DNA of 24,000 nt from Aquificota bacterium (lineage in GTDB: Bacteria > Aquificota > Aquificia > Aquificales > Aquificaceae). Both the position numbers and the translations under genes were made by a program. The notes beneath the pieces are model-generated. The model had not been told where the DNA came from, did not search any database, and worked only from the letters and a program-made list of their open reading frames with translations. This document shows, piece by piece, positions 7,924 to 17,450 of the stretch (positions are counted from its first letter, which is position 1; every line of letters begins with the position of its first letter). Where the stretch lies: NCBI GenBank assembly GCA_013154375.1, contig JAADCR010000070.1:1-24000 (forward strand), written 5' to 3'.

Positions 7924-9228
7924 TTGATGGAAAAGGTAAAGGTGGGCGTAGTAGGCTGCGGTACCGTGGGCACGGGCACCGTCAAGCTCCTTCTCGAGAA
8001 CGCCTCCGTTATAGAGCAGCGGACGGGCATAAGGTTCGAGCTGGTTAAGGTGGCCGACCGCGACTGGGACAGACCCCGCCCCTTCGAGGTTCCCGAGCGG
8101 CTGCGGACCACCGACTACCGCGAGGTTCTTAAAGAGGCCGACGTGGTGGTCGAGCTGGTGGGCGGGAAGGAGTTTGCTAAAAAGCTGCTTCTCGAGGCTA
8201 TAGAGCTGGGTAAGTGTACGGTTACGGCCAACAAACACCTGCTGGCCGAAGAGGGTAGAGAGATATTCCGCGCCGCACAGAAGAGGGGCGTCTTTTTAGG
8301 CTTTGAGGCGGCCGTGGGGGGCGGCATACCCGTCATAAAGGCCCTCCGGGAAGGGCTGGTGGGTAACCGGATAAAGAGCATCCTCGGCATACTTAACGGC
8401 ACGACCAACTACATCCTTACGCGCATGTACGAGGAGGGTCTGTCGTTCGAAGAGGCGCTAAACGAGGCCCGCAGGCTCGGCTACGCCGAGGCCGACCCTA
8501 CTCTAGACGTCGACGGCTGGGACGCGGCGCACAAGATAACCCTTCTGGCTACGCTCGCCTACGGGAGCTTCGTCGAGTTCTCGTCGGTCTTCGTAGAGGG
8601 CATACGGAAAGTAGAGCACTTGGACGTGGAGCTGGGCAAGGAGCTGGGCTACACGCTGAAGCTGCTGGCCATTGCTAAAGAGCGCGACGGGGAGGTGGAG
8701 GTAAGGGTCCACCCTACCTTTATACCCTCGGACGAGGCGCTGGCGAAGGTCTCGGGCGTTTACAACGCGGTTATGATAGAGGGCGACTTCGTGGGTAAAA
8801 CCATGTTCTACGGCCAAGGGGCGGGCAGTTTGCCCACCGCCTCGGCCGTCGTCTCCGACGTGGTACAGGCGGGCGTCTTTTTAAGAAAAGGGGGGCTCGT
8901 GCCGCGCGTCGACTGGTCGGGCCGGCCGCTTAAGCTGACGCAGAACTTCTACTCGCGCTACTACCTGCGCTTCTCGGTGCCCGACCGGCCGGGCGTGCTG
9001 GCGGCGGTGGCGCGCGTGCTGGCGGACTTTAACATAAGCATAGCCTCGGTGCTCCAGAAGGAGAAAGCTTGCAAGATTGCCGGGAACGACTCGCCCGTGG
9101 TGCCGCTCGTTATTCTCACGCACAAAGCCTACGAGCAGGACGTGCGTAAGGCGCTCGAGCGCGTAAAGAGCCTGCCCGTGGTGGAGAAGGAGCCCGTTCT
9201 TATACGCGTAGAAGAGGAAGCCTACTAA
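7924..9228 (+). CDS. hom: Homoserine dehydrogenase with C-terminal ACT domain
   Basis: 434 aa; KVGVVGCGTVGTGTVKLL, TANKHLLAEEG, FEAAVGGGIPVIKALREGLVGNRIKSILGILNGTTNYILT, GYAEADPTLDVDGWDAAHK motifs and C-terminal YYLRFSVPDRPGVLAAVARVLADFNISI (ACT). Confidence 0.95.
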   Translation: MMEKVKVGVVGCGTVGTGTVKLLLENASVIEQRTGIRFELVKVADRDWDRPRPFEVPERLRTTDYREVLKEADVVVELVGGKEFAKKLLLEAIELGKCTVTANKHLLAEEGREIFRAAQKRGVFLGFEAAVGGGIPVIKALREGLVGNRIKSILGILNGTTNYILTRMYEEGLSFEEALNEARRLGYAEADPTLDVDGWDAAHKITLLATLAYGSFVEFSSVFVEGIRKVEHLDVELGKELGYTLKLLAIAKERDGEVEVRVHPTFIPSDEALAKVSGVYNAVMIEGDFVGKTMFYGQGAGSLPTASAVVSDVVQAGVFLRKGGLVPRVDWSGRPLKLTQNFYSRYYLRFSVPDRPGVLAAVARVLADFNISIASVLQKEKACKIAGNDSPVVPLVILTHKAYEQDVRKALERVKSLPVVEKEPVLIRVEEEAY

Positions 9229-9761
9229 AGCTCCACCGCGTAAATGCCCCTAAGGTTGCGCCCCAGCTCGCCCCAGTCGAGCCCGTAGCCTACTAAAAAG
9301 TCGTTGGGCACCTCGAAGCCCACGAGGTCCGCCTCGAAGGGGACTTTACGCGCCTCCTTCTTGTCGAGCAGAACGCACGTTTTAAGCACCGCCGGCTCTT
9401 TCTCAAGCAGGTACTCCTTTACGCGCTTAAGCGTAAGGCCCGTGTCGAGGATGTCGTCCACGAGCACGACCTTTTTACCCTTTAGCTCCAGCTCGGGCTC
9501 TTTTAAGATTCTCACCTCGCCCGAGCTCTCGGTGCCCGAGCCGTAGCTCGAGACGCGCATAAAGTCCACCACCGCCGGGAGGCTGAGCTCCCTTATAAGG
9601 TCGGCAAGAAATATAAACGAGCCCTTTAGCAGGCCTATAAAGACGGGCGGCTCGCCGCCGCCGAGCTCGCGCTCAAGCTCGAGCGCCAGCTCCTTTACGC
9701 GCCTCTTTATCCTCTCTTCGTCTATAACGAGCCGGAGCTTTTTACCCCTAATCTCGAGCAT
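9225..9761 (-). CDS. hpt: Hypoxanthine(-guanine) phosphoribosyltransferase
   Basis: 178 aa; VFIGLLKGSFIFLADLIREL, DFMRVSSYGSGTESSGEVRI, VVLVDDILDTGLTL (PRPP-binding loop) and FLVGYGLDWGELGRNLRGIYAVE. Confidence 0.95.
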   Translation of the reverse strand: MLEIRGKKLRLVIDEERIKRRVKELALELERELGGGEPPVFIGLLKGSFIFLADLIRELSLPAVVDFMRVSSYGSGTESSGEVRILKEPELELKGKKVVLVDDILDTGLTLKRVKEYLLEKEPAVLKTCVLLDKKEARKVPFEADLVGFEVPNDFLVGYGLDWGELGRNLRGIYAVEL

Positions 9762-9764
9762 CTT

Positions 9765-10982
9765 TTACGCCCCGAACTTTTTAAGCCTTAACGCGTGCGC
9801 CAGTAGCAGCTGCATGAGCTTCTTGCCCGGAAACGTACCGAGCTCTCCTTTAAGGCAGGTCCGCTCGTTAAACGCCTCGTAGCCGCCTAAGACGAACGGC
9901 GAGTGGACCAAGACGGGCACGGGGTGCCACGAGTGGCTCTTTAGGACCGAGGGCGTGGCGTGGTCACCCGTAACGGCCAGCACGGCGGGCTTTAGCTCCA
10001 GAAGCTCGGGCAGGTGGGCGTCGAACTCCTCTATAGCCTTTACCTTCCCTTCGTAGTTGCCGTCCTCGCCGTAGCTGTCGGTCTTTTTGTAGTGTAAGAA
10101 AAAAAACTCGTAGCGGTCCCAGAGCTCTTTTAGCGTCTCTATCTGGCCTTTAAGCGTAGGCTCTTTAGGCTCTACCGTCTCCATGCCCACGAGGCGGGCA
10201 AGCCCGCGGTACATAGGGTAAACCGCTACGCAGACGGCCTTAAGGCCGTAGCGTTCGGAGAAAGGCTCGAGCTTGGGCTTTTGGGCAAAGCCGCGCAGGA
10301 GCATAAAGTTAGCCTTCGGCTCGTTTTTTAAAAGCTCCGCTACGCGTTCTAAAAACTTTACCGCCACGCGCGCCACGCGCTCGGCCTGCGGCTTAAGCGG
10401 CCGGGGCTCTAAGGGGCTAAGGCCGGTGGCCTGCGGGTCGGTGTCTGTAACCGCGTCGCTGCCCTCTTCGAGCGGCTCGGGGAAGCGGAAGACCACCGCC
10501 AGACGGTGCTCCATGCCCGGCGCCAGCTCCACCTTAACGCCGTCTATCTCTTTAATTTCCTCGGCCAGACGCCGCGTTATCCGGCGGTTCTCCTCGGTGG
10601 GCAGCCGGCCGGCCCGCCGGTCCACCACGACGGGCTTACCGTTCTCGTACTTTACGGTGGCGTAGTTGGCCCTTACGGCCACGGACCGCTCGTCTACCTC
10701 CAGACCGAGGCCGAGCGCCTCGAGCACGCCCCGCCCTATCCGGTACTTAACCGGGTCGTAGCCGAAGAGCGCCAAGTGGCCCGGCCCGCTACCGGGCGTT
10801 ATCCCGTAGTCTACGGGCAGGTGCATGCCTAAAGCCGAGTTTTTAGCAAGCGCGTCTAAGTTCGGGGTCTTAGCCAGCTCGAGCTCGGTTCTGCCGTCCT
10901 TAACGGGGAGGCCTCCCAGCCCGTCGAGCACCGCAAGCAGTATCTTTCCCCCTTCCTTTACGAGCTCTTTAACCAGCTCCAT
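9765..10982 (-). CDS. apgM: 2,3-bisphosphoglycerate-independent phosphoglycerate mutase, archaeal-type ApgM
   Basis: Track ORF 9765..11000; likely start MELVKELVKEGGKILLAVLDGLGG at 10982. Motifs: TELELAKTPNLDALAKNSALGMHLPVDYGITPGSGPGHLALFGYDP, AVTGDHATPSVLKSHSWHPVPVLVHS. Confidence 0.93.
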   Translation of the reverse strand: MELVKELVKEGGKILLAVLDGLGGLPVKDGRTELELAKTPNLDALAKNSALGMHLPVDYGITPGSGPGHLALFGYDPVKYRIGRGVLEALGLGLEVDERSVAVRANYATVKYENGKPVVVDRRAGRLPTEENRRITRRLAEEIKEIDGVKVELAPGMEHRLAVVFRFPEPLEEGSDAVTDTDPQATGLSPLEPRPLKPQAERVARVAVKFLERVAELLKNEPKANFMLLRGFAQKPKLEPFSERYGLKAVCVAVYPMYRGLARLVGMETVEPKEPTLKGQIETLKELWDRYEFFFLHYKKTDSYGEDGNYEGKVKAIEEFDAHLPELLELKPAVLAVTGDHATPSVLKSHSWHPVPVLVHSPFVLGGYEAFNERTCLKGELGTFPGKKLMQLLLAHALRLKKFGA

Positions 10983-11005
10983 AAAGAGTATTATCTTCAA
11001 TAAAG

Positions 11006-11731
11006 ATGAAGGTGAGGATAAACAAGTTCTTATCCGAGGCGGGCGTGACGTCGCGGCGTAAGGCGGAGAAGCTCGTGCTCGAGGGGCGCGTTAAGGTTAA
11101 CGGTCAGGTGGTTAGGGACCTCGCGTTTAAGGTAGACCCCGAGCGCGACCGCGTGGAGGTGGACGGGAAGCCCGTCAAGCCGCAGCGGAAGCGCTACGTA
11201 ATCCTTAACAAGCCGTGCTGTTACCTGACGCAGCTCGGCCCCTCGCCCGACGGGCGTAAGACCATATCCGAGCTTATTAAAAACATCCCCGAGCGCGTCT
11301 TCCCGGTCGGGCGGCTCGACTACAACACGGAGGGGCTGCTGCTTTTAACCAACGACGGCGAGCTGGCCAACCGCGTCCTACACCCGCGCTACAAGCTGCC
11401 TAAGGTGTATCTGGCTCTCGTGGAAGGTAAAGTGGACCAGAAGACGCTTAAGGCCATGCGTAAAGGAGCCCAGCTCGAGGACGGCTTTGCTAAACCCGAC
11501 GCGGTAAGGCTGGTCCGCTACGAGGGTAAGGACACGCTTCTGGAGGTGGTGTTCCACGAAGGGAGGAAGCACATCGTTAAGCGCTATCTGGCGCACTTCG
11601 GCCACAGGGTTAAGAGGCTTAAGCGGACGCAGATAGGCCCCGTAAAGCTGGGTAAGCTCGCGCCGGGTAAGTGGCGCGACCTTAACAAGGGCGAGCTGGC
11701 ACAGCTGTTTAAGGCCGTGGGTCTTACTTAG
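11006..11731 (+). CDS. rluB: Ribosomal large-subunit pseudouridine synthase, RluB/RsuA family
   Basis: 241 aa; N-terminal S4 domain MKVRINKFLSEAGVTSRRKAEKLVLEGRVKVNG, then VFPVGRLDYNTEGLLLLTNDGELA with the catalytic Asp, and EGRKHIVKRYL. Confidence 0.88.
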   Translation: MKVRINKFLSEAGVTSRRKAEKLVLEGRVKVNGQVVRDLAFKVDPERDRVEVDGKPVKPQRKRYVILNKPCCYLTQLGPSPDGRKTISELIKNIPERVFPVGRLDYNTEGLLLLTNDGELANRVLHPRYKLPKVYLALVEGKVDQKTLKAMRKGAQLEDGFAKPDAVRLVRYEGKDTLLEVVFHEGRKHIVKRYLAHFGHRVKRLKRTQIGPVKLGKLAPGKWRDLNKGELAQLFKAVGLT

Positions 11732-11751
11732 GCTGTGCTAACTTTTAATTA

Positions 11752-12630
11752 ATGCCCGACAAGCTTACGCGGGACGTTCTGTTTCTCGCCCGGCTTTTCA
11801 CGCTGCTGTATCTGGCGCTTTTTCTGTTTCTCCACTACGAGCGGCTCCCCTTCGAGGCCGTCTCCGCCCTCTCGGTTTACTTTCTTGCCAATGTTCTTGT
11901 CTACCTCTTTACGCGTACGCGTCTTTTTAAGAGGCTGGCGGTCCTTTTAGACCTCACTTTAGTGCCCCTGTTCGTCTACTTCACGCGCTCGCCTCTGGCG
12001 CTCTTTTCCATAGGCGTGCTCGTGGCCGCCTACGCTTCGAGAAAGCCCGGCGTGGCGCTGCTTCTCAGCGCCGAAGGCGCTCTTTTAGCCTTTCTCTTCT
12101 TTAAAGAGAACCCGCTCGTGCTCTCGGCGGTGGTGCTCTTCTTTATAGGCGTTCTTTTTGCTTCGTACAACTTCGAGTACGCGGTGGTTATGTCTAAAGA
12201 GAGGAAGCAGATAAACAAGCTCCGCAGAAACTACCGTCTTCTGCTGAAAGAGCTCTCGGAGCTGGAGAGAGAGAGGAAGCGCTTCGCGCTTACGGAGAAG
12301 CTGTTTGAGCTCGTCACGCAGCACCGCGAGCCGGAGAGCTACCTCGAGGCTATTAAAAAGACCTTCGGTCTTAAGAGCGTTAAGGTGGTCCCGGCGCGCA
12401 GGCCGGAAGAGGAGGTGTTAAAAGACCCCGAGCGGGGCGTGCTGGTGGTGTTCGTTAAGTTCGACCGCGGGTACGGGAGCGTGGTGTACGAGCTGGGCGA
12501 GCCCTTCCGTCTGGCCGACCCGTACTTAGAAGAGGCGCTCGTTAAGGCGGCTAAGCTGCTTACGCTGCTGGTGGAAGGGTTTGAGCGGGAGGCGGGCTCG
12601 GTGACCGTCAGCGGGCCCGGTGGCGGATAA
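11752..12630 (+). CDS. Multi-TM membrane protein with a coiled-coil and a cytosolic, possibly GAF-like, C-terminal domain
   Basis: 292 aa; about 6 hydrophobic helices up to residue ~145, then an [38 protein letters not shown] coiled-coil and a 100-aa soluble domain. Family not identified. Confidence 0.7.
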   Translation: MPDKLTRDVLFLARLFTLLYLALFLFLHYERLPFEAVSALSVYFLANVLVYLFTRTRLFKRLAVLLDLTLVPLFVYFTRSPLALFSIGVLVAAYASRKPGVALLLSAEGALLAFLFFKENPLVLSAVVLFFIGVLFASYNFEYAVVMSKERKQINKLRRNYRLLLKELSELERERKRFALTEKLFELVTQHREPESYLEAIKKTFGLKSVKVVPARRPEEEVLKDPERGVLVVFVKFDRGYGSVVYELGEPFRLADPYLEEALVKAAKLLTLLVEGFEREAGSVTVSGPGGG

Positions 12631-13189
12631 GGCTCTCGAGTATGGCCCGGAAGTTTTTTGGGTTTACGAGCTTTATCCCTACCCGGTCGGCCCACCTTCT
12701 TAGCCCTTCGTCGGCCGAGACGAGCGTGGCGTCCAGCTCGTAGGCCAGCAGAAGCACGTCCACGTCCTCTTTACTGTCTATAATGCCCTGACGGAGAGCC
12801 TCGCGGTACTTCTCGCGGAGCTTTGCTATGAGCTTACCCACGTCGTCGCACGAGCTGGCCTCGCGGGCGTGCTCCTCGGCAATTCTTAAGCCTTTGTTTA
12901 TCCGGTGCCTAATCTCGTCTATAAGCTCGTAGAGGACTTCCGCGGGTATCTCGAGCTTAAGCCTGCGGGGCGAGCGTATCTTTACCACCATCTCGAACTC
13001 GGCCCAGAGGCTGCCCGCGTCTACGAGCTTCCTAAGCTCGTCGTAAACGGAGGTGGGCATGTAAAACTCGGCTCCCGAGTTGAGCGCGAGGTGTATAAAG
13101 TCTTCTAAGGCCCCCTTCTGGTCCTCTTCGAAGGTGCGGTATATCTCGGGGTTGGTAAACACGCTCGTGTCTAATACGAAAGTTTCCAT
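12608..13189 (-). CDS. RNA-free ribonuclease P, HARP family (homolog of Aquifex RNase P, Aq_880-like), PIN-like
   Basis: 193 aa; [32 protein letters not shown]...[11 protein letters not shown]...IRSPRR...[30 protein letters not shown]...[56 protein letters not shown]. Asp7, Asp138, Asp142 and Asp160 are in the register recalled for Aq_880 active-site residues. Confidence 0.92.
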   Translation of the reverse strand: METFVLDTSVFTNPEIYRTFEEDQKGALEDFIHLALNSGAEFYMPTSVYDELRKLVDAGSLWAEFEMVVKIRSPRRLKLEIPAEVLYELIDEIRHRINKGLRIAEEHAREASSCDDVGKLIAKLREKYREALRQGIIDSKEDVDVLLLAYELDATLVSADEGLRRWADRVGIKLVNPKNFRAILESLIRHRAR

Positions 13190-13216
13190 AGGCAGTTATT
13201 TTAAAATAGTAAAAGC

Positions 13217-13810
13217 GTGATAGAGATAAAGGGGAAGACGACGCCCGTTCTGTACCTACGGATTTTACGGAAAGAGCCGTTCGAGGAGCTAAAAAGAGAG
13301 CTTAAAGAGAAGCTCTCGAAAAAGCTCTTTAAAGGCAGCCCCGTTCTCATCGAGAACCCGGAGGTGCTTACGGAGGACGAGCGGAGGGAGCTCGAGAGCT
13401 TTATAAAGGAGCTTACGGGTGCGGTTTTAGAGCGGAAGGGGGAGAGAAAGGAGAGTCGTCTTCTGGTGGTAGAGAAGAGTCTAAGGGCGGGGCAGCGCGT
13501 GGAGCACGCGGGCGACGTGCTGGTGCTCGGCGACGTTAACCGCGACGCGGAGGTGCTCGCGGGCGGGAACGTGATAGTTATAGGGAAGCTTAGGGGCGTA
13601 GCTAAGGCAGGGCTTATAGGCGACGAGGGGGCGGTTATAGTGGCGCTTAGAATGGAGCCGCAGCTACTCCAGATAGGAAGCGTAAAAGCCATACCCTCGG
13701 ACAGCGAGCGGCTCTCGCCGGGCTACCCCGAGATTGCTAAAGTAGAGAACGGCGAAATAATATTAGAAGGGATAGAAGGAGTGGAGAGATGGCTGAGGTT
13801 ATCGTCGTAA
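13217..13810 (+). CDS. minC: Septum site-determining protein MinC
   Basis: 197 aa; C-terminal right-handed beta-helix sequence LRAGQRVEHAGDVLVLGDVNRDAEVLAGGNVIVIGKLRGVAKAGLIGDEGAVIVALRMEPQLLQIGS, immediately upstream of minD. Confidence 0.93.
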   Translation: MIEIKGKTTPVLYLRILRKEPFEELKRELKEKLSKKLFKGSPVLIENPEVLTEDERRELESFIKELTGAVLERKGERKESRLLVVEKSLRAGQRVEHAGDVLVLGDVNRDAEVLAGGNVIVIGKLRGVAKAGLIGDEGAVIVALRMEPQLLQIGSVKAIPSDSERLSPGYPEIAKVENGEIILEGIEGVERWLRLSS

Positions 13811-14580
13811 CGTCGGGTAAGGGAGGCGTGGGGAAGACTACGCTGGTGGCCAACCTCGGTACGGCGCTGGCAAAGCTCGGTAAAAAGGTGTTACTCGTAG
13901 ACGCGGACATAGGGCTCAGAAACCTCGACATGATTTTAGGCTTAGAGAACAGGATAGTTTACGACGTTCTGGACGTGCTCGAGGGGCGCGTCCCGCTTGA
14001 GAAGGCGCTCGTTAAGGACAAAAGGGGTCTGCCGCTCTGGCTTCTACCGGCTAACCAGAGGGCTAACAAGGACGAGATAGACCTCGAGCGGTGGAACGAG
14101 ACGATAAAGCAGGCGAAAGAGTCGGGTAAGTTCGACTACGTTATAGTAGACTCGCCCGCGGGCATAGAGAAGGGCTTCCAGATAGCCGTCTCGCCCGCGG
14201 ACCGAGAGCTGGTGGTGGTTAACCCGGAGGTCTCTTCCATCCGCGACGCGGACCGCGTTATAGGCCTGCTCGAGAGCTGGGGTAAAAACGAGTACGCGGT
14301 GGTCATAAACCGGATAAGGTGGGACATGGTAAAGAAGGGGGAGATGCTCTCGGTAGAGGACATAGTAGACATTCTAAAGGCGCCGGTGATAGGGATAGTG
14401 CCCGAGGAGCCCAAGCTCGTAGACTTTACGAACAAAGGCGAGCCTATAGTGCTCCACGAGAAGTTCCCGGCGGCTCAGGCCATTATGGACCTTGCGCGCC
14501 GCATCACGGGCGAGAACGTACCGCTTAAGCGCTACGGCGAGAAGAAGGGGCTCTTAAGCCGCATCTTCGGGGGGGACTGA
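13789..14580 (+). CDS. minD: Septum site-determining ATPase MinD
   Basis: 263 aa; deviant Walker A GKGGVGKTTL, VDADIGLRNLDMILGLENRIVYD, DSPAGIEKGF motifs. Confidence 0.97.
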   Translation: MAEVIVVTSGKGGVGKTTLVANLGTALAKLGKKVLLVDADIGLRNLDMILGLENRIVYDVLDVLEGRVPLEKALVKDKRGLPLWLLPANQRANKDEIDLERWNETIKQAKESGKFDYVIVDSPAGIEKGFQIAVSPADRELVVVNPEVSSIRDADRVIGLLESWGKNEYAVVINRIRWDMVKKGEMLSVEDIVDILKAPVIGIVPEEPKLVDFTNKGEPIVLHEKFPAAQAIMDLARRITGENVPLKRYGEKKGLLSRIFGGD

Positions 14581-14581
14581 G

Positions 14582-14821
14582 TTGGTTTTCGGCTTTTTAC
14601 GCTCTAAAAAGAGTAAAGACATAGCTAAAAAGCGGCTAAAGGTAGTGCTCTCGTACGAGCGGGCGGGCTTGCCGCCGAACATCATAGACAGCATCCGAGA
14701 AGACCTTATAAAGGTCTTCTCTAAGTACCCTTACTTCGACGCGGGGAACATAGAGGTTAACCTTAAGCGCGAAGAGGAGAACAAAGAAGAGCTCTGGATA
14801 AGCATACCTATAAAAGACTAA
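14582..14821 (+). CDS. minE: Cell division topological specificity factor MinE
   Basis: 79 aa, TTG start at 14582 one nt after the minD stop. [55 protein letters not shown] is MinE-like. Confidence 0.9.
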   Translation: MVFGFLRSKKSKDIAKKRLKVVLSYERAGLPPNIIDSIREDLIKVFSKYPYFDAGNIEVNLKREEENKEELWISIPIKD

Positions 14822-15894
14822 CGCGTCTGCTGAAGTTTTCTCTCGAGCTCCGACGCCCGCAGGGCGTCTATAATCTCGTCCAGCTTACCGTCGAGGACCT
14901 CTTGCAGTTTGTAGAGCGTTAGGTTTATCCGGTGGTCCGTGACGCGGTTCTGCGGGAAGTTGTAAGTTCTTATCTTCTCGCTCCGCTCTCCGGTGCCCAC
15001 CTGCTCCTTCCGTTCGCGCGCAATCTCCTCGCGCTTTTTCCGCTCGTAGTAGTCTTTAAGTTTGGCGTAGAGAATCTTTAGGGCCTTCTGTTTGTTCTGG
15101 AACTGCGAGCGCTCGTCTTGGCACTGGACCACTATGCCCGTGGGTACGTGCGTAATCCTGACGGCCGTCTCGGTGGTGTTAACGTACTGCCCGCCGGCAC
15201 CCGAGGCCCGGAAGGTCTCTATCTTAAGGTCCTGAGGGTTTATCTTTACGTCCGTCTCGTCCACCTCGGGCAGTACGGCGACGGTGGCGGTGGAGGTGTG
15301 TATCCGCCCGCCGCTCTCGGTAACGGGTACGCGCTGGACGCGGTGTACGCCGCTCTCGTACTTTAGACGGGAGTAAACGCCTTCCCCTTCTACGAGCGCT
15401 ATGACCTCTTTAAACCCGCCCAGACCCGTACGGTGCGACGAGAGGACGGTGACCTTCCAGCCTTTCTCCTCGGCGTACTTCTGGTACATCCTAAACAGGT
15501 CCGCGGCAAAGAGGGCGGCCTCTTCGCCGCCGGTGCCGGCCCGTATCTCGAGGATGACGTTTTTAGCGTCGTTGGGGTCGCGGGGGACGAGGCGGAGCTG
15601 GAGCTCGTGCTCGAGCTTTTTAAGCTCTTCCGAGAGCCGCTCGTACTCCTCGCGGGCGAGCTCGCGGAGCTCTTCCTCGGGGCTGTTTAGAAGCTCGCGC
15701 GCCTGCGCGAGCTCTTCTTTTACCTTCCGGTAACGGTCGTAAAGCTCTTTAACCTCTTGGAGCTCTTTAAGCTCGCGGGAGAGCTCCCGGAAGCGCCGGA
15801 CGTCTTTAATAACCTCGGGGTCGGACAGGCTCTCTTGGAGCTCCTCGTAGCGCTTAAGCAGCTTCTCGAGGCGCTTAAGGAGCTCCTTCCTCAT
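14818..15894 (-). CDS. prfA: Peptide chain release factor 1
   Basis: 358 aa; [75 protein letters not shown]; the GGQ motif is present. Confidence 0.97.
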   Translation of the reverse strand: MRKELLKRLEKLLKRYEELQESLSDPEVIKDVRRFRELSRELKELQEVKELYDRYRKVKEELAQARELLNSPEEELRELAREEYERLSEELKKLEHELQLRLVPRDPNDAKNVILEIRAGTGGEEAALFAADLFRMYQKYAEEKGWKVTVLSSHRTGLGGFKEVIALVEGEGVYSRLKYESGVHRVQRVPVTESGGRIHTSTATVAVLPEVDETDVKINPQDLKIETFRASGAGGQYVNTTETAVRITHVPTGIVVQCQDERSQFQNKQKALKILYAKLKDYYERKKREEIARERKEQVGTGERSEKIRTYNFPQNRVTDHRINLTLYKLQEVLDGKLDEIIDALRASELERKLQQTR

Positions 15895-15895
15895 C

Positions 15896-16102
15896 TCAGC
15901 CCGTCTCTTTACCCCCTTCGAGCTCGGCGAGCATCTTGTAGTAAGCGGGTTTTATCTTAAGCTTGCCCGCGTAAAAGGGGTGGCACTGGTTGCAGACCTC
16001 GAGGTAGACGGTGCCTCCTTTGGTGGAAAGCAGCGTGAAGGTGTTGCCGCAACCGCAGACGAAAGTGGTGGGTTTTAGCTCGGGGTGTATGCCTTTCTTC
16101 AT
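15896..16102 (-). CDS. rpmE: 50S ribosomal protein L31 (Zn-ligand form)
   Basis: 68 aa; [47 protein letters not shown] with C-x-C ... C-x2-C. Confidence 0.96.
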   Translation of the reverse strand: MKKGIHPELKPTTFVCGCGNTFTLLSTKGGTVYLEVCNQCHPFYAGKLKIKPAYYKMLAELEGGKETG

Positions 16103-16132
16103 TCCTTTACCTCCCGCAGCCGAGATATTATA

Positions 16133-17440
16133 TCAGGCGTTCATGGCCTTGAGAAACTCCTCGTTGGTTTTGAAGCGCTTAAGCTTGTCCAGCAGGAACT
16201 CCATGGCCTCGACGGGGTCCATGGTCGAGAGGAACTTACGGAGCACCCAGACGCGCTGGAGCTCCCACGGCTCGAGCAGGAGCTCTTCTTTCCGCGTGCC
16301 CGACTTCTCTATGTTTATGGCCGGGAATATCCGCCGCTCCATAAGACGGCGGTCGAGGTGTATCTCCATGTTACCCGTACCCTTAAACTCCTCGTAAATA
16401 ACGTCGTCCATTTTCGAGCCCGTCTCTACCAGCGCCGTGGCTATTATGGTCAGGCTGCCGCCCTCTTCTATGTTCCGCGCCGCACCGAAGAACTTTTTAG
16501 GTTTCTGGAAGGCGGTTATCTCTATGCCGCCGGTAAGGACCCTACCCGTAGGGGGCGTAACCGCGTTGGAGGCACGCGTGAAGCGCGTAAGCGAGTCCAT
16601 GAGTATAACCACGTCTTTTTTAAGCTCGACCATCCTCTTGGCTTTCTCTATAACGAGCTCCGCCACCTGCATGTGGCGCTCGGGCGGCTCGTCGAAGGTG
16701 GAGGCTACCACCTCGGCGTGCTCGCCTACTATCCGGCGCATCTCCGTAACTTCCTCGGGCCGCTCGTCTATAAGTAGGATTATCAGGTACACCTCGGGGT
16801 GGTTCTTTATAAGCGCCTGAGCTATCTTCTGCAGGAGCACCGTCTTACCGGCTTTAGGGGGAGCTACGATGAGGCCCCGCTGCCCTTTCCCTATAGGCGC
16901 TATGAGGCTTACCACGCGCGTCGAGAGCTCTTTAGGGTCGTACTCGAGGTTAAACCGCTCCATAGGGTGCAAGGGCGTGAGCTTCTCAAACTGGGGCCGC
17001 TTTCTAAGCAGCTCGGGGTCGGGCGGCAGACCGTTTACCGACTCCATCCTTATGAGGGCCTTGTACTTCTCGTTGTCGCGCGGGGGGCGGGCAAAGCCTA
17101 CTATCGTGTCGCCCGTCCTGAGGCCGAACTTCTTTATCTGCGAGGGGGCTACGTAGACGTCTTCCCAGCTGGGCATGTAGTTGTTCTCGGGTAGACGGAG
17201 AAAGCCGTAGCCTTCGGGCAGTACTTCGAGCACGCCTTTAACGAAGACGAGACCGCTCTCTTGAGCTTGCGCGTTTAGAATCTTCTCTATAAGCTCTTCC
17301 TTTTTAAGGCCCGTAGTCCGCGTAAGACCGAGCTCTTTCCCTATGCGCTGCAGCTCGGCCAGCGTCATCTTCTTAAGCTCGTCGAGCGTATAGAGCTTCT
17401 TCTCGTCTTGTTTTTCGGGCGTCTGAACGCGCTCCGCCAT
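16133..17440 (-). CDS. rho: Transcription termination factor Rho
   Basis: 435 aa; [124 protein letters not shown]. Confidence 0.98.
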   Translation of the reverse strand: MAERVQTPEKQDEKKLYTLDELKKMTLAELQRIGKELGLTRTTGLKKEELIEKILNAQAQESGLVFVKGVLEVLPEGYGFLRLPENNYMPSWEDVYVAPSQIKKFGLRTGDTIVGFARPPRDNEKYKALIRMESVNGLPPDPELLRKRPQFEKLTPLHPMERFNLEYDPKELSTRVVSLIAPIGKGQRGLIVAPPKAGKTVLLQKIAQALIKNHPEVYLIILLIDERPEEVTEMRRIVGEHAEVVASTFDEPPERHMQVAELVIEKAKRMVELKKDVVILMDSLTRFTRASNAVTPPTGRVLTGGIEITAFQKPKKFFGAARNIEEGGSLTIIATALVETGSKMDDVIYEEFKGTGNMEIHLDRRLMERRIFPAINIEKSGTRKEELLLEPWELQRVWVLRKFLSTMDPVEAMEFLLDKLKRFKTNEEFLKAMNA

Positions 17441-17450
17441 AGTAACCTCC

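Noticed and set aside
7906-8238. N-terminal extension of the 188-aa minus-strand ORF 7672..8238
   Set aside because: The portion upstream of the ATG at 7905 is antisense to the start of hom and is not protein-like. Only the 77-aa part is kept.
8115-9123. Several minus-strand ORFs (8115..8408, 8503..8817, 8881..9123) antisense to hom
   Set aside because: Shadow ORFs opposite homoserine dehydrogenase, with no independent support.
12608-13189. Interpretation of the PIN-domain protein as a VapC toxin
   Set aside because: No adjacent antitoxin gene, and the sequence matches the HARP/RNA-free RNase P family rather than VapC.
13201-13692. 163-aa minus-strand ORF antisense to minC
   Set aside because: Ser/Thr/Pro-rich translation typical of the antisense frame of charged coding sequence. 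minC is well supported.
16085-17194. Plus-strand ORFs of 230, 131, 127 and 127 aa opposite rho
   Set aside because: rho is unambiguous on the minus strand. These show no motifs and are frame artefacts.
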